DNA from: Candidatus Eiseniibacteriota bacterium
Lineage (GTDB): Bacteria > Eisenbacteria > RBG-16-71-46 > JABDJR01
NCBI GenBank assembly: GCA_963783375.1
Contig: CAWANH010000029.1
Span: 960,001 to 1,024,000, forward strand
Reading direction: 5' to 3'
Length of the DNA stretch: 64,000 nt
The notes below the pieces were generated by a model. It was not told where the DNA came from and did not search any database. It saw nothing but the letters and a program-made list of their open reading frames with translations. The position numbers were made by a program, and so were the translations under genes. Positions 1 through 9,676 of the stretch are shown piece by piece; within the stretch, counting starts at the first letter, position 1, and each line of letters starts with the position of its first letter.

Positions 1-1
1 G

Positions 2-811
2 GGTAGCGATCGGGACGTGGATCTCAGCTGGCTCGACGACATGGTCAGTCCCGTTCTCACGGGGGACGGGAAAGCGCTCCTCTTCACCGATCAGAGCAGC
101 GAAGCCGGCGTGAACTACGGCGCTGCCTTCCGTCCCACTTCGGGCGGCCCGATCGTCCGCCTGGGAGAGGGAGGGGTGAGCGATGTCTCCGCGGACGGGA
201 AGTCCGTGCTCGTGAGGATCCCCGACACTCCTCCCCGGCTCATGTCCTACCCGATGGGTGTGGGGGAAATCGCGCGATTGGACCGAGGGCAGTTCGAGAA
301 CCTGTCGGTTGCTTCGTGGCTTCCGGATGGACACGTCCTGGTCTGCGGGAACCTTCCGAAGGGCCCGACGCGCGCCTTCGTGCTGGACCCCACCACGCAC
401 GAGGCAACCCCGGTGGGGCCGGATGGACTCTGGTCGTGTTTCCCCTCCCCCAGCGGGAAGACGTTCATCGCGCAACAGGAGACCGGGTGGGTGACCTGCC
501 CTCTGGAGGACGCGGGCGAGGTGACCCCGGCCCCGGGCCTGAGGTCGGACGACCATTTCATCCGGTGGAATCACGGCGGGTCCGCGGTGTTCGTTTTTCA
601 CCTGGCCGAGATCCCGGCCCGGATCGACAGCGTCAGCCTGGCCACGGGGTCGCGCGAAACGGTCCTCACAGTGAGCGAGGGAGAGAACGCCGGTCGGACC
701 GGAATAAGCTCTGTCTCGATGGCGGACGACCTGCGCACGGTTGCGTACGAAGCCGACCAGCTCATCTCGGTGCTGTTCACCGTCACCCGCACGCGCCCAT
801 CGGGTCTCTGA
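2..811 (+). CDS. C-terminal TolB/PD40-like beta-propeller of a probable Ser/Thr kinase receptor (5' end outside window)
   Basis: Frame is open from the window start. It has SADGK/LPDGH/SPSGK-type propeller repeats and an 'LSWLD...DGKALLF' segment like the C-termini of Acidobacteria-type kinase-propeller proteins. Confidence 0.65.
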   Translation, partial: GSDRDVDLSWLDDMVSPVLTGDGKALLFTDQSSEAGVNYGAAFRPTSGGPIVRLGEGGVSDVSADGKSVLVRIPDTPPRLMSYPMGVGEIARLDRGQFENLSVASWLPDGHVLVCGNLPKGPTRAFVLDPTTHEATPVGPDGLWSCFPSPSGKTFIAQQETGWVTCPLEDAGEVTPAPGLRSDDHFIRWNHGGSAVFVFHLAEIPARIDSVSLATGSRETVLTVSEGENAGRTGISSVSMADDLRTVAYEADQLISVLFTVTRTRPSGL

Positions 812-1156
812 CCGCCCTCCCGACGGGGTCCCCCTGGCTGCGTAGGCGAGCGCCATACCGGAGAGTGCAGCGGTCAGGCCTTCAACTCTTGCGGACGGGG
901 GCGCCACGGTGTCCGGGCCGTGTCCGGTCGACGACGCGCCTTGGCGAGGCCGGGGATCCGCACTTGCGCCGGCTGCTCATAGGCATTTGTTCGGCTCGGG
1001 CGTCCATCTTGGGGAATCCCATTCCGGCTGTCGTCCAACACCCCGCCTGGCCATTCTCCGGGTGCGCCGGACCACGAACCGCGATGGAGACAAGAAGTGG
1101 GAATGTGGATCGTTCGGGCCGGGAACCCTCGGAGTAACGCGCTGTCTACCTGACAT

Positions 1157-1245
1157 TGGTGCCGGGAGGGAGACTTGAACTCCCACGGGCCTTGCGGCCC
1201 AACGGATTTTAAGTCCGTTGCGTCTACCCGTTTCGCCATCCCGGC
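1157..1245 (-). tRNA. tRNA-Leu(TAA)
   Basis: Reverse complement reads GCCGGGATGGCGAAACGGGTAGACGCAACGGACTTAAAATCCGTTGGGCCGCAAGGCCCGTGGGAGTTCAAGTCTCCCTCCCGGCACCA: acceptor stem, TAA anticodon, long variable arm, GTTCAA T-loop and encoded CCA. Confidence 0.96.
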
Positions 1246-1696
1246 GTCGGTTGGGAGACCGTAGGTTAGCGCGTTCCCGGGCAAGCCGCCACCGGCCCGT
1301 GTGCCAAGGTTTGTGACGTGTCTGTGCGCCATCCGCCGCACTCCCGCGTGGGCCAGCTGGTCGGCCAGCCGTCCATGGCGCGGGGTTGGCAGGATGGTCG
1401 ACTCTGCCCCACCCAGGCCGACACGGAACATTTTCTTGAAGTTCGAGTGAATACTGGACCACAAACCCGTCCAACCCTGCTATGGTGGTCCCTGCGCATT
1501 AGGCGCACCCTCCTGAAGATCCTCTTGATGCGATCCGGATCAAAGCTCCGAATTTTCTCATGAGTGCTCTCCACGATCCGGTGTTCCAAATACCGTCCGG
1601 GCGTAAGTCTGCCGATAGTACACGGTTGAAGTACCTGCCCGGGCATCCAAGAGGATGTGGGAAGACTTGCGCGTCCCACTCCAAGTAAGGAATCCG

Positions 1697-1969
1697 ATGA
1701 CCCAGAAGATCTATGTGGGCAACATGCCCTTCAGTATGGACGAGGAAAGTCTCCGCGCCTTGTTTTCCAGCCACGGAGAGGTCCAGACGGTATCGGTCAT
1801 TACCGACCGTGAGACCGGGCGGCCCCGCGGCTTCGCCTTCGTTGAGATGGCCACCGGTGCGCCGGAGGCGATCCGGGCCCTCAACAACCACGAGGTCGAT
1901 GGGCGCGCGCTCACGGTGAACGAGGCCAAGCCTCGCGAATCAAGCGGTTCCCGCTCCTCGCGCTGGTAG
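1697..1969 (+). CDS. RNA-binding protein (RRM domain)
   Basis: RNP2 KIYVGNM, RNP1 RGFAFVEM and C-terminal LTVNEAKPR. RBS TAAGGA lies before the ATG at 1697. Confidence 0.95.
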   Translation: MTQKIYVGNMPFSMDEESLRALFSSHGEVQTVSVITDRETGRPRGFAFVEMATGAPEAIRALNNHEVDGRALTVNEAKPRESSGSRSSRW

Positions 1970-1977
1970 TCCGGTTT

Positions 1978-2005
1978 GGGAGGGGGCGACCCGTCGCCCT
2001 CTCCC
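1978..2005. terminator. Hairpin between convergent genes (probable terminator)
   Basis: GGGAGGGGGCGAC-CC-GTCGCCCTCTCCC inverted repeat just after the RRM stop, followed by a pyrimidine tract. Confidence 0.55.
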
Positions 2006-2093
2006 ATCCCTTCCTCCCCTCCCATCTCCTTCTTCCCCCCCCCCCCGGAACTGCCGGTTTCCATCGGCTGAGCCGGGCTCCCTGGATCGGGGA

Positions 2094-2927
2094 TCAGCGG
2101 GACTGGCCGAACCGGCGCTTCAATTCCCCGAAAGTGATCCGCTCCACCGGCGTCTGGGCATCGTAACCGTCGCTGAATTCGATGGCGAAGAAATCCCGGT
2201 AGCTGCTGGACGTCCCCGGAATCAGCTCATCGGCGATCTCGATCACGGGATCGATCGTCCCCGTGGCGGTTCCCGTGGCCACCGCCCCGACACTGACGTT
2301 GAGCATCGATGCAGAGGCCGACATGCCGACGAGGGTGACCGTGTCGACGGGAATCGCCGGAGTCTGGTCGATGGTAAAGGCATCCGTGGCCGGATCGGAG
2401 GTCCCGGAATCCCCGTTCACGTCCAGGCTGGAGGTGATCAGAATCCCCGCGCCCACCGCCTGAAACCGAAAGGACGAGGTGGCGCGCGAGCCGAAGACGT
2501 TCCGGACCGCCCCCCCCCCGGTGGCCAGTAGGTGGACCGGCACGTCGGTCACGCTGACCGGCGGAGTGGCCGTCTCGACGACCCGGAACTGGAAGTCGAT
2601 GGAAACGATGCTGGACAGGTTGAGAGAAGTGTTCCCCTCGGAGATGTTCCAGGTGACCTCCGCCGTTCCTTCCGGAGGTCCCGCGGATCCAAATCCCACG
2701 CTCCCCGCAACCGCGTAGCCGATACCGGAGAGCTCCTCTGTATGAGACTCGGGAATCGCCGAATCGGAACCCTGGAAGCCGGCGGTGCTGGGACCGACGG
2801 TCAACGAAATGTTCTCCTCCCAGAGCGTGGACGAGAGAGGAAACTGCGCCTCAACGCGACCGGCAAGAAGAACCAGACCGGCGGCCATGAGAAGAAGAGT
2901 CGGTTTCATACGATGGGCAAACTTCAT
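2094..2927 (-). CDS. Secreted hypothetical protein with C-terminal TPVERITFGELKRRF tail
   Basis: RBS GAGGAGG, signal peptide (MKPTLLLMAAGLVLLAGRVEA/Q), a Ser/Thr/Gly-rich beta-type body and the C-terminal motif. Confidence 0.75.
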   Translation of the reverse strand: MKFAHRMKPTLLLMAAGLVLLAGRVEAQFPLSSTLWEENISLTVGPSTAGFQGSDSAIPESHTEELSGIGYAVAGSVGFGSAGPPEGTAEVTWNISEGNTSLNLSSIVSIDFQFRVVETATPPVSVTDVPVHLLATGGGAVRNVFGSRATSSFRFQAVGAGILITSSLDVNGDSGTSDPATDAFTIDQTPAIPVDTVTLVGMSASASMLNVSVGAVATGTATGTIDPVIEIADELIPGTSSSYRDFFAIEFSDGYDAQTPVERITFGELKRRFGQSR

Positions 2928-3490
2928 TTCAACATGCCTCCTCGATCGTGGACTCCATTGAAGCCGTCCATGCACCCGACCACGTCGCTGTGGAACGTCA
3001 CGGCATGTCAGCAAGCGGGTTTGTTGCAGCGGTCGCAAGCGTCGCCGCGGCTTTCCGCCCTGGCGACAGAAGGGATGCGGGGCGCGTATCCAGCCGGATC
3101 CTGGGTAAGCCCGTGGCGTCACATCGCTTCGGAGGCACCCGGTCGTCGGGCGAGCCTCGACCTGGTTGCCTCCATGGTTACGGCCCGGATTGCACTACAC
3201 CCGAGTTTCATACGACGAAAGAGTAACACATCCGGACTGACACAGTCCGAAATGGGTCCGGTCCCGGGCTCACGATTTTCGTAACCGATTGGAAATAAGA
3301 TGATTACCCAGGATCCGGCGCCGGTGCTCGAGATTCCAGACCGGCGGCGGGGGCCCGTGCCGCCGTTCCGGGGTAGGTCGGGAAACCGGCGGGCGCCGGC
3401 GCTTGGGGCGGGGCGCCGAACACCGGATCACAGATACTGTGGGGTACCGGGGGGAGGGCACCCGCCGGCCCTCCTTGCCCGACCGGAATG

Positions 3491-6189
3491 CTACTTCGCC
3501 AACCCCCGCCTCCAGTCGGTGACGAGCCGCAAGAAGCCCTTCTCGTCCTCGGAGACGTCCCCCCCCACGTAGAGGAGCCGGTCCCCGTCCGGGCCCAGCG
3601 AAACCGGAATCCCTCCCGCCACCGGCGCGGAGACCTGGGCGAAGAGCTTCGGCGCCCCGGTCTTGAAAGTGGACCCGCTCCCGTCCACGGGCACCTCCAT
3701 GACTTCCCCGGAGGCCTCGATGTAGAAGAGCTTCTTGCCGTGGGGGCCCCAGAACGGATAGACGCCTTCGTCCCGGTCGACCTGCCATTGCCGGTTTCCC
3801 CCGGTCATCGGGCGCACGATGACTTCCCACGCCCCGCTCGCGGACTGCTTGGTATAGGCGAACCACCGTCCATCGGGCGAGACCTGCGCCACCACGTCGA
3901 GCCCCTTGTCCCCGACCTTGAGTTCCATCTTCCCGGTGTCGACCGCCATCTCGTAGATGTTGTAGCCCGTGTCGGGATCCTCCCGGGTGACCATGAGGGT
4001 CGAGCCGTCGGGAGTCATCCCGTCAGAGGTGACTTCCTCCGTCCCCTCGTACAGGACCGTCGCCCCTCCGGTCCCCTCCACCGGCCGGCTCACGATACGA
4101 TAGGTGCTGTCCACCTGCGTTTCGTACAGGACCGACTTGCCGTCTGGGGTCCAGACCGCGTCCTGCTCGTCCCCGGGATCGAAGGTGAACCGCGTCCGGA
4201 GACCGGAGTCCAGGTTCACCAACCACAGGTCCGAGGTTTCGGTTTCGGGGTCGACCACCTCCACCACCGCCTGGGTGCCGTCCGGGGATACCCGCGGCCG
4301 CCGGAACTGTCCCGGCTCCCCCACCCGGCCGAGCTGGGTCCCGCTGGGTCCCGTCCAGGCCAGGAACTGTTCGGCGCTTCCGGTCGAGATCTGGTATGTG
4401 AGCATGCCCTCCCCGGTGGAGGAGTAGACGGCGCATACCGCGCCGCCCGACAGGACGAGGATGTTCTCCACCAGGGGAATACCGTCGGGTCCCAGCTTCC
4501 CGGTCCGGGGATCCATGGGGGTGGCCAGGAGGACCCCCTCCCGAACGGTGAGCAGGCTGCCGGCCGAGTACTCGGCCTGCGCTTCCGACGTGGCGATCAT
4601 CTGCGGGGGGCTTCCGTCCAGGGAGCCGATGTAGACCCGGTTGCTGTCGTTCCTGGCCGGTATCATGCGGGCGAGGAACAGGAACCGCTGTCCGCCGGGA
4701 AGGAACCGCGGCTCCCGGTGCGAGTTCTCGCCGTCATCTCTGTTGATCGTGGTGATCTCGACCGCGGTTCCCCCCGAGGCCGAAACCCGGTGGATCCCGC
4801 TCTTGTGATCGGGAGCGAAGAGGATCACGCCGTCCCGGTTCCAGGTGCCTCCCTTCATGTTGCTCGCCGGGCAGAGGACGACCGGGGGGCCGCCGGCCAC
4901 CGCGACCTTCTTGAGCTTCCCGTCCGAGGCGAACCCGACGTACCGGCTGTCCGGCGACCAGAAGGGATAAACCGCGTCGGTGGTGCCGGTGATGACGGTG
5001 GCGTCGGGGCTGTCCAGCCGCCGCAGGTGGAGGGTCACCGGCCCCGACGCGTCCCGGGCCGCATAGGCCATCATGGTCCCGTCGGGGGAGAGGGCGACCG
5101 GGCCGGGATCGGTCCCGCTGAGATCGAACGCCCCCCCGGGCGGAGGCGGGACGGTGAGGTTCAAGACCTGCGGGGGCGCGGACCGGCCGAGGACCTTCCA
5201 GCCCAGCATCACCCCTCCCACGGCCAAGGCGAGAGCGACCACCACGGTGGCCCAGAGGGGAAGGCCGCGCTTCCACCCGGGCGTGTCCTCCCCCCCTCTG
5301 AAATGCCGCTCAGGGATGACGCGGCCAGGATCGAGGAATCCATGGCCCCGCTCTCCAGGAAGATGCGGGCCTCCCCCACGTCCCGCAGCCGCCGCCGGGG
5401 ATCGCGCTCCAGGCACCGCTCCAGGAGCAGGCGCATACCGCGTGACGTGGTCTTGGGCAGCCGGTCCCATTCGATGTCGGCGCGCAACACCGCGGCCAGG
5501 GTGTCGCTCACCGTCTCGCCCTCGAACAGGCGCTTCCCCGAGAGCATCTCGAACAGGATCACCCCGAAGGACCAGATGTCGGCGCGCCGGTCCACCTTCT
5601 TCCCCCGCGCCTGCTCCGGGCTCATGTAGGCCGCGGTGCCCAGGATCACCCCACCCCCGGTCAGGGCGGCGGTGATGGTGGGCGAGTTCTCCAGGGCCTC
5701 CTCCTCGGCGGTTTCTCCCACGAAGGCCCGGGCCAGGCCGAAATCGAGGATCTTGACCTTGCCCTCGGAGCTCACCTTGATGTTGGCCGGCTTGAGATCG
5801 CGGTGGACGACGTGCCGCTCGTGGGCCTCCTCGAGTCCCGCGGCGAGCTGCCGGGCGATCTCGAGCGTCTCTTCCTCGGGGACCGGCCCCTGAAGAATGC
5901 GCTCGGAGAGGTCGGTCCCCTCGGCCAGCTCCATGGCCAGGAACCCCTGCCCGTCGGCTTCCTCCAGCCCGAAGATCGAGGCGATGTTGGGGTGCTGCAG
6001 CGACGCCAGCACCCGGGCCTCCCGCCGGAAGCGGGCCAGGCGCTCGGGATCCCGGGCGAAGTCCGGAGGCAGGAGCTTGACCGCAACCTCGCGCCCGAGC
6101 TTGGAGTCCCGGGCGCGATACACCTCCCCCATCCCTCCCTTGCCCAGGAACGCGGTGACTTCGTAGTGGCCGAGGGTCTTGCCGATCAG
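3491..6189 (-). CDS. Ser/Thr protein kinase with TM helix and TolB/PD40 beta-propeller; frameshifted at a C7 tract (5290-5296)
   Basis: Kinase motifs GKGGMGEVY, VAVK, HRDLKPAN, DFG and YMSPEQ lie in ORF 5209-6675. The TM helix and WSPD/SPDG repeats lie in ORF 3491-6460. One extra G joins the two frames. Confidence 0.85.
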
Positions 6190-6555
6190 GGGTACTGCTC
6201 CTCTCGGAATCGTGGAAACAAGATCCCGGGGCGGTCGCGTCCAGGAAATGGCGTTTTGAAGGGGACCGGAACGGGCGGAGTTTACCCCGGCTTCTCCGGA
6301 AACGCGAGCCATACCGGGAGGCCGGTTCGCCCTCTCGCCCACTTGGAGTCCCCTGCCGGACTCGACTTTCCCCGTTCGACCAGGCCACCGGCTCCCCTGA
6401 CGCCGATCGAACGGGCCGCGGGAACCCACGCTTCGTGACCGGGAACCCCTGCAACTCCATCCGGGCCGGATGCGTAGTGGAGGACGGGATCCGGGGGACG
6501 GGACGGTCCCTGGACTTGACCGGCGTTGGGAACGCCGCAAGGAGGACAGATCTCG

Positions 6556-7377
6556 GTGCCGGACCATGGCAATCGATCGAGGACCAACGGCTGCGCCCTG
6601 GTCGTCGCGGCCCTGTTGGCGGTGCCGCTCGTGGTGGTGGGTGTCGTGGCCCTGAGGACGTGGATACCTCTGCAACTGGCCGGCCGGAGCCTGGATGAGC
6701 TCGACCGGACCCTCGGGACCGAGGCGCGCTACACGCCTCCGCCTCTCGGCGCGATTCCCGCCGGGAGGATGGATCGCTTTCTCGAGCTTCGGGCTTCGCT
6801 GATGCGTTCGTGCGAGGACTATGCCGTCCTACGGGAAGGATTCGAAGCCGTCGCCTCCCTGGATTCGACCGAGACGCCGGATGTAGAAGGGACCGTCCGG
6901 GCGGCGCGGAGCGTGGGAGGCGCAGCGTTGGCGATCACGCCCTACATGGCCAGGTTCTTCAGGCTACGGAACACGACGTTGCTCGCGGACTCCATGGGGC
7001 TCGAGGAATACTCTTACATCTACGCGATGGCTTATCACGATCGTCTGCTGTCGGAGGAAACGCGTGCGGAGATCTTCTCGGACGGCGACGCCCTCTCCCC
7101 GGAAGCCTCGGAGATGCTGCGAGGATGTCTGGCGAGGCAACTGGAGGTCCTTGGTCCCGAGAACGCCGCGTCGGACTGGCGCGCCTCGCTCATGCAGGAG
7201 CTGGAGCGGATGGAGAGCGATCCCTCCCGGCTCCCCTGGCAGGACGGGCTGCCTCCCCCGATCGCCGCGAGCCTGACGCCCTATCGGGAGCGGCTCGATC
7301 GCGTGTTCTGTGGGGCCACAGCCGGCCTGGAGATGGAGCGGAGTACGCGTCGCGCCCTACGGATCGCACTCTACTGA
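6556..7377 (+). CDS. Hypothetical membrane-anchored protein
   Basis: RBS AGGAGG before a GTG; N-terminal hydrophobic helix (GCALVVAALLAVPLVVVGVVAL); no recognisable family. Confidence 0.65.
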   Translation: MPDHGNRSRTNGCALVVAALLAVPLVVVGVVALRTWIPLQLAGRSLDELDRTLGTEARYTPPPLGAIPAGRMDRFLELRASLMRSCEDYAVLREGFEAVASLDSTETPDVEGTVRAARSVGGAALAITPYMARFFRLRNTTLLADSMGLEEYSYIYAMAYHDRLLSEETRAEIFSDGDALSPEASEMLRGCLARQLEVLGPENAASDWRASLMQELERMESDPSRLPWQDGLPPPIAASLTPYRERLDRVFCGATAGLEMERSTRRALRIALY

Positions 7378-7495
7378 CCACCCGATCCGTGTGCGCACCG
7401 ACCCGGCCGGCCGCGGTGAGGCCCGGCCCGGTGGCAAACGGCGCCCGCCCGAGGACCGGGGCCGGTCCCATCGCCTCAGCGGGCAGGCCCCGGAC

Positions 7496-7524
7496 TTGAA
7501 ATGCTTAGCCCCTAAGTATAAAAT
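7496..7524 (+). promoter_or_regulatory. sigma70 promoter with internal palindromic operator; probably leaderless
   Basis: TTGAAA(7496)-17 nt-TAAAAT(7519). The spacer contains CTTAG-CCC-CTAAG. The ATG is at 7531. Confidence 0.7.
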
Positions 7525-7530
7525 AGGCCC

Positions 7531-7986
7531 ATGAGACTCCCCAGCGACATCCGGAGGAGATTTCAGGAACACGGGAGACGAGGAGGCGCAGAACGCTCCC
7601 GGCGCCTTTCCCCCGGCGCCCGAGCGGCCATCGCCAGACGCGCCGCCCTGAAGCGCTGGACAGCGGTTCGCTTCGGCGGCACTAGCTTCGCCGCCCTGCA
7701 ACTCCCCGGGGGCGAGTTGATCGACGCGGGGGTCGACGATCTCGCCACCGGAAAGGAAACTATCGAGAGCCTCCTGGTCTCGTTGGCCGCCCCCCGGCTT
7801 CGTCGCGAGAACGTCCCCCTCCCTTCGGCGACCCTCTCCGACCCGGACCTTCGCCTCTACCGGTTGCTCGAACGGTCCGAAGGCGACCTCGCGCATTCCA
7901 GATACCTGGCCTACCTGCGACGGGTAAGCTCGTTCGCGGACGCCTGCCACGCGTACTCGGCGGGTCGGAGTCGCCTTGCGGGATGA
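7531..7986 (+). CDS. Hypothetical protein with basic N-terminal nucleic-acid-binding-like module; partner of the downstream nucleotidyltransferase
   Basis: N-terminus GRRGGAERSRRLSPGARAAIARRAALKRW, helical C-domain, and an 11-nt overlap with the next gene. Confidence 0.75.
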   Translation: MRLPSDIRRRFQEHGRRGGAERSRRLSPGARAAIARRAALKRWTAVRFGGTSFAALQLPGGELIDAGVDDLATGKETIESLLVSLAAPRLRRENVPLPSATLSDPDLRLYRLLERSEGDLAHSRYLAYLRRVSSFADACHAYSAGRSRLAG

Positions 7987-8512
7987 ACTCACCCGCGAGC
8001 GGTTGGACGCGCTCATGCGGGAGATCGCCCGCACCGCTCCCCGCCGGGGCAGCTATCGGGTGTATCTGGTCGGCGGGGGAACCGCGGTTTACGCGGGGTG
8101 GCGTGCGTCCTCCATCGACGCCGATCTGTTCTCCGAACAGGAGGCGGTCTTTCACGACATCCAGGGCATCAAGGAGCGCCTCAACGTGAACGTCGAATTC
8201 GCCAGACCCGAACACTTCGTCCCCGCGCTCCGGGGAAGCGCCGGGCGCCACCTCTTCATCGAGACCATCGGACGCGTTTCCTTCTTCCACTACGACCCCT
8301 ACTCCCAGATCCTCTCGAAGATCGTCCGGGGCTTCCAGCGGGACGTCGACGATGCCCGCCACTTCGTGGAGAGCGGCATGGTGGAAGGCCCGAAACTCCG
8401 GGATCTGGTCGAGGGCATCCCGACCCCAGCCTACTCGAAGTATCCGAGCCTCTCCCGGCCGGCCGTCGTCGGGGCCGTCGACGCATTCCTGTCCGAGCTG
8501 CCGCGGGGGTAG
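7976..8512 (+). CDS. DUF6036-like nucleotidyltransferase
   Basis: Pol-beta-type NTase motif VYLVGGGTAV...RASSIDADL and C-terminal LSKIVRGFQRDVDD; TTG start. Confidence 0.75.
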   Translation: MRDELTRERLDALMREIARTAPRRGSYRVYLVGGGTAVYAGWRASSIDADLFSEQEAVFHDIQGIKERLNVNVEFARPEHFVPALRGSAGRHLFIETIGRVSFFHYDPYSQILSKIVRGFQRDVDDARHFVESGMVEGPKLRDLVEGIPTPAYSKYPSLSRPAVVGAVDAFLSELPRG

Positions 8513-8573
8513 AATCCGGTCCTGAAATCCCACGCCCCGGCCCGAACCGGTCGACCACCTTGGAGTCCCGCCC

Positions 8574-9113
8574 ATGCCCGACACCCACGGAACCATCCTC
8601 GAAACCGGGAGGCTCCTCCTCCGGGAACTGACCCTGGGCGATCTGGACGCGCTCGCCGCCCTCTACCGGGATCCCGAGGTGCGGCGCTACTTCCCGGAGG
8701 GCGTCCTCACCCGCGAGGAGACCCGCGAGGAGCTGGAGTGGATCATCCGGGAGTACTACGCCAAGCACGGCTTCGGCCTCTGGGCGACCATCCACAGGGA
8801 GTCCGGCGCCTTCATCGGCCGCTCGGGCCTTCTTCCCTGGACCATCGACGGGCGGGCCGAGGTGGAGGTGGCCTATCTGCTGGCCAGGGAGTACTGGGGT
8901 CGGGGCCTGGGCACCGAGGCCGCCCGGGCCATCGCGCACCATGCCTTCGATACCCTCCCGGTCTCCCGGCTCATCTGCCTGATCGACGCCCGGAACGCGG
9001 CCTCGCGCCGGGTCGCCGAGAAGATCGGGATGACCCTCTACCGGGACGATTTCGAGGACGACAAGGGCCCCGCCCACATCTACGCCATGGCGCGACCGGA
9101 GACGACATCATGA
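8574..9113 (+). CDS. GNAT N-acetyltransferase (RimJ/RimL family)
   Basis: LETGRLLLR start, YWGRGLGTEAA acetyl-CoA motif and NAASRRVAEKIGM. Confidence 0.92.
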   Translation: MPDTHGTILETGRLLLRELTLGDLDALAALYRDPEVRRYFPEGVLTREETREELEWIIREYYAKHGFGLWATIHRESGAFIGRSGLLPWTIDGRAEVEVAYLLAREYWGRGLGTEAARAIAHHAFDTLPVSRLICLIDARNAASRRVAEKIGMTLYRDDFEDDKGPAHIYAMARPETTS

Positions 9114-9646
9114 ACGACGCGATGAAGGAGACCGTCTGGCGACAGTTCGGCGCCGCCATCGACATGCTCGAGGGGGCCGTCCGGGCCTGTCCCGAATCGA
9201 TCTGGCGCGACCGCGATCGCCAACCGGAGACCTGGTACCTGGCCTACCACACGCTCTTCTGGCTCGATCTCTATCTCTCGGGGCCGGTGGAAGGGTTCCG
9301 CCCGCCGACGCCCTTCGGCCTGGAGGAACTCGACCCGGCGGGAGTCCTCCCCGATCGCGTGTACACCCGGGAGGAACTCCTGACCTACCTGGAGCACGGC
9401 CGCCGCAAGTGCCGCTCGACCATCACCAACCTGACCGACGACAAGGCGGCGGAACGACATGCATTCGGCTGGGGGGAAGCGAGCTTCGCCGAACTCCTCC
9501 TCTACAACCTTCGCCACGTGCAGCACCATACCGCGCAGCTCAACCTCATCCTCAGGCAGTCGATCGATTCCGCCCCTCCATGGGTAACCCGGACGGGAAA
9601 CCACCTCCCGTCCTCTGAACTCCACGGCAATCCGCACGCCCGGTAG
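9110..9646 (+). CDS. DinB family protein
   Basis: QFGAAIDML...WYLAYHTLFW...LRHVQHHTAQL (His triad); ATGA overlap with the GNAT gene. Confidence 0.88.
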   Translation: MNDAMKETVWRQFGAAIDMLEGAVRACPESIWRDRDRQPETWYLAYHTLFWLDLYLSGPVEGFRPPTPFGLEELDPAGVLPDRVYTREELLTYLEHGRRKCRSTITNLTDDKAAERHAFGWGEASFAELLLYNLRHVQHHTAQLNLILRQSIDSAPPWVTRTGNHLPSSELHGNPHAR

Positions 9647-9676
9647 CCGCTCCGTCACCCGCGCCGAAACCGGATC

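Noticed and set aside
812-1156. Possible genomic-island attachment site at the tRNA-Leu 3' end
   Set aside because: No integrase and no duplicated tRNA 3' fragment in this window; cannot be supported.
2006-2046. Polypyrimidine tract with a C12 run as a functional repeat
   Set aside because: Intergenic between convergent genes next to a terminator; no evidence of function.
3488-5629. 713-aa plus-strand ORF
   Set aside because: Antisense shadow of the kinase/propeller gene, expected from high-GC codon bias; no motifs.
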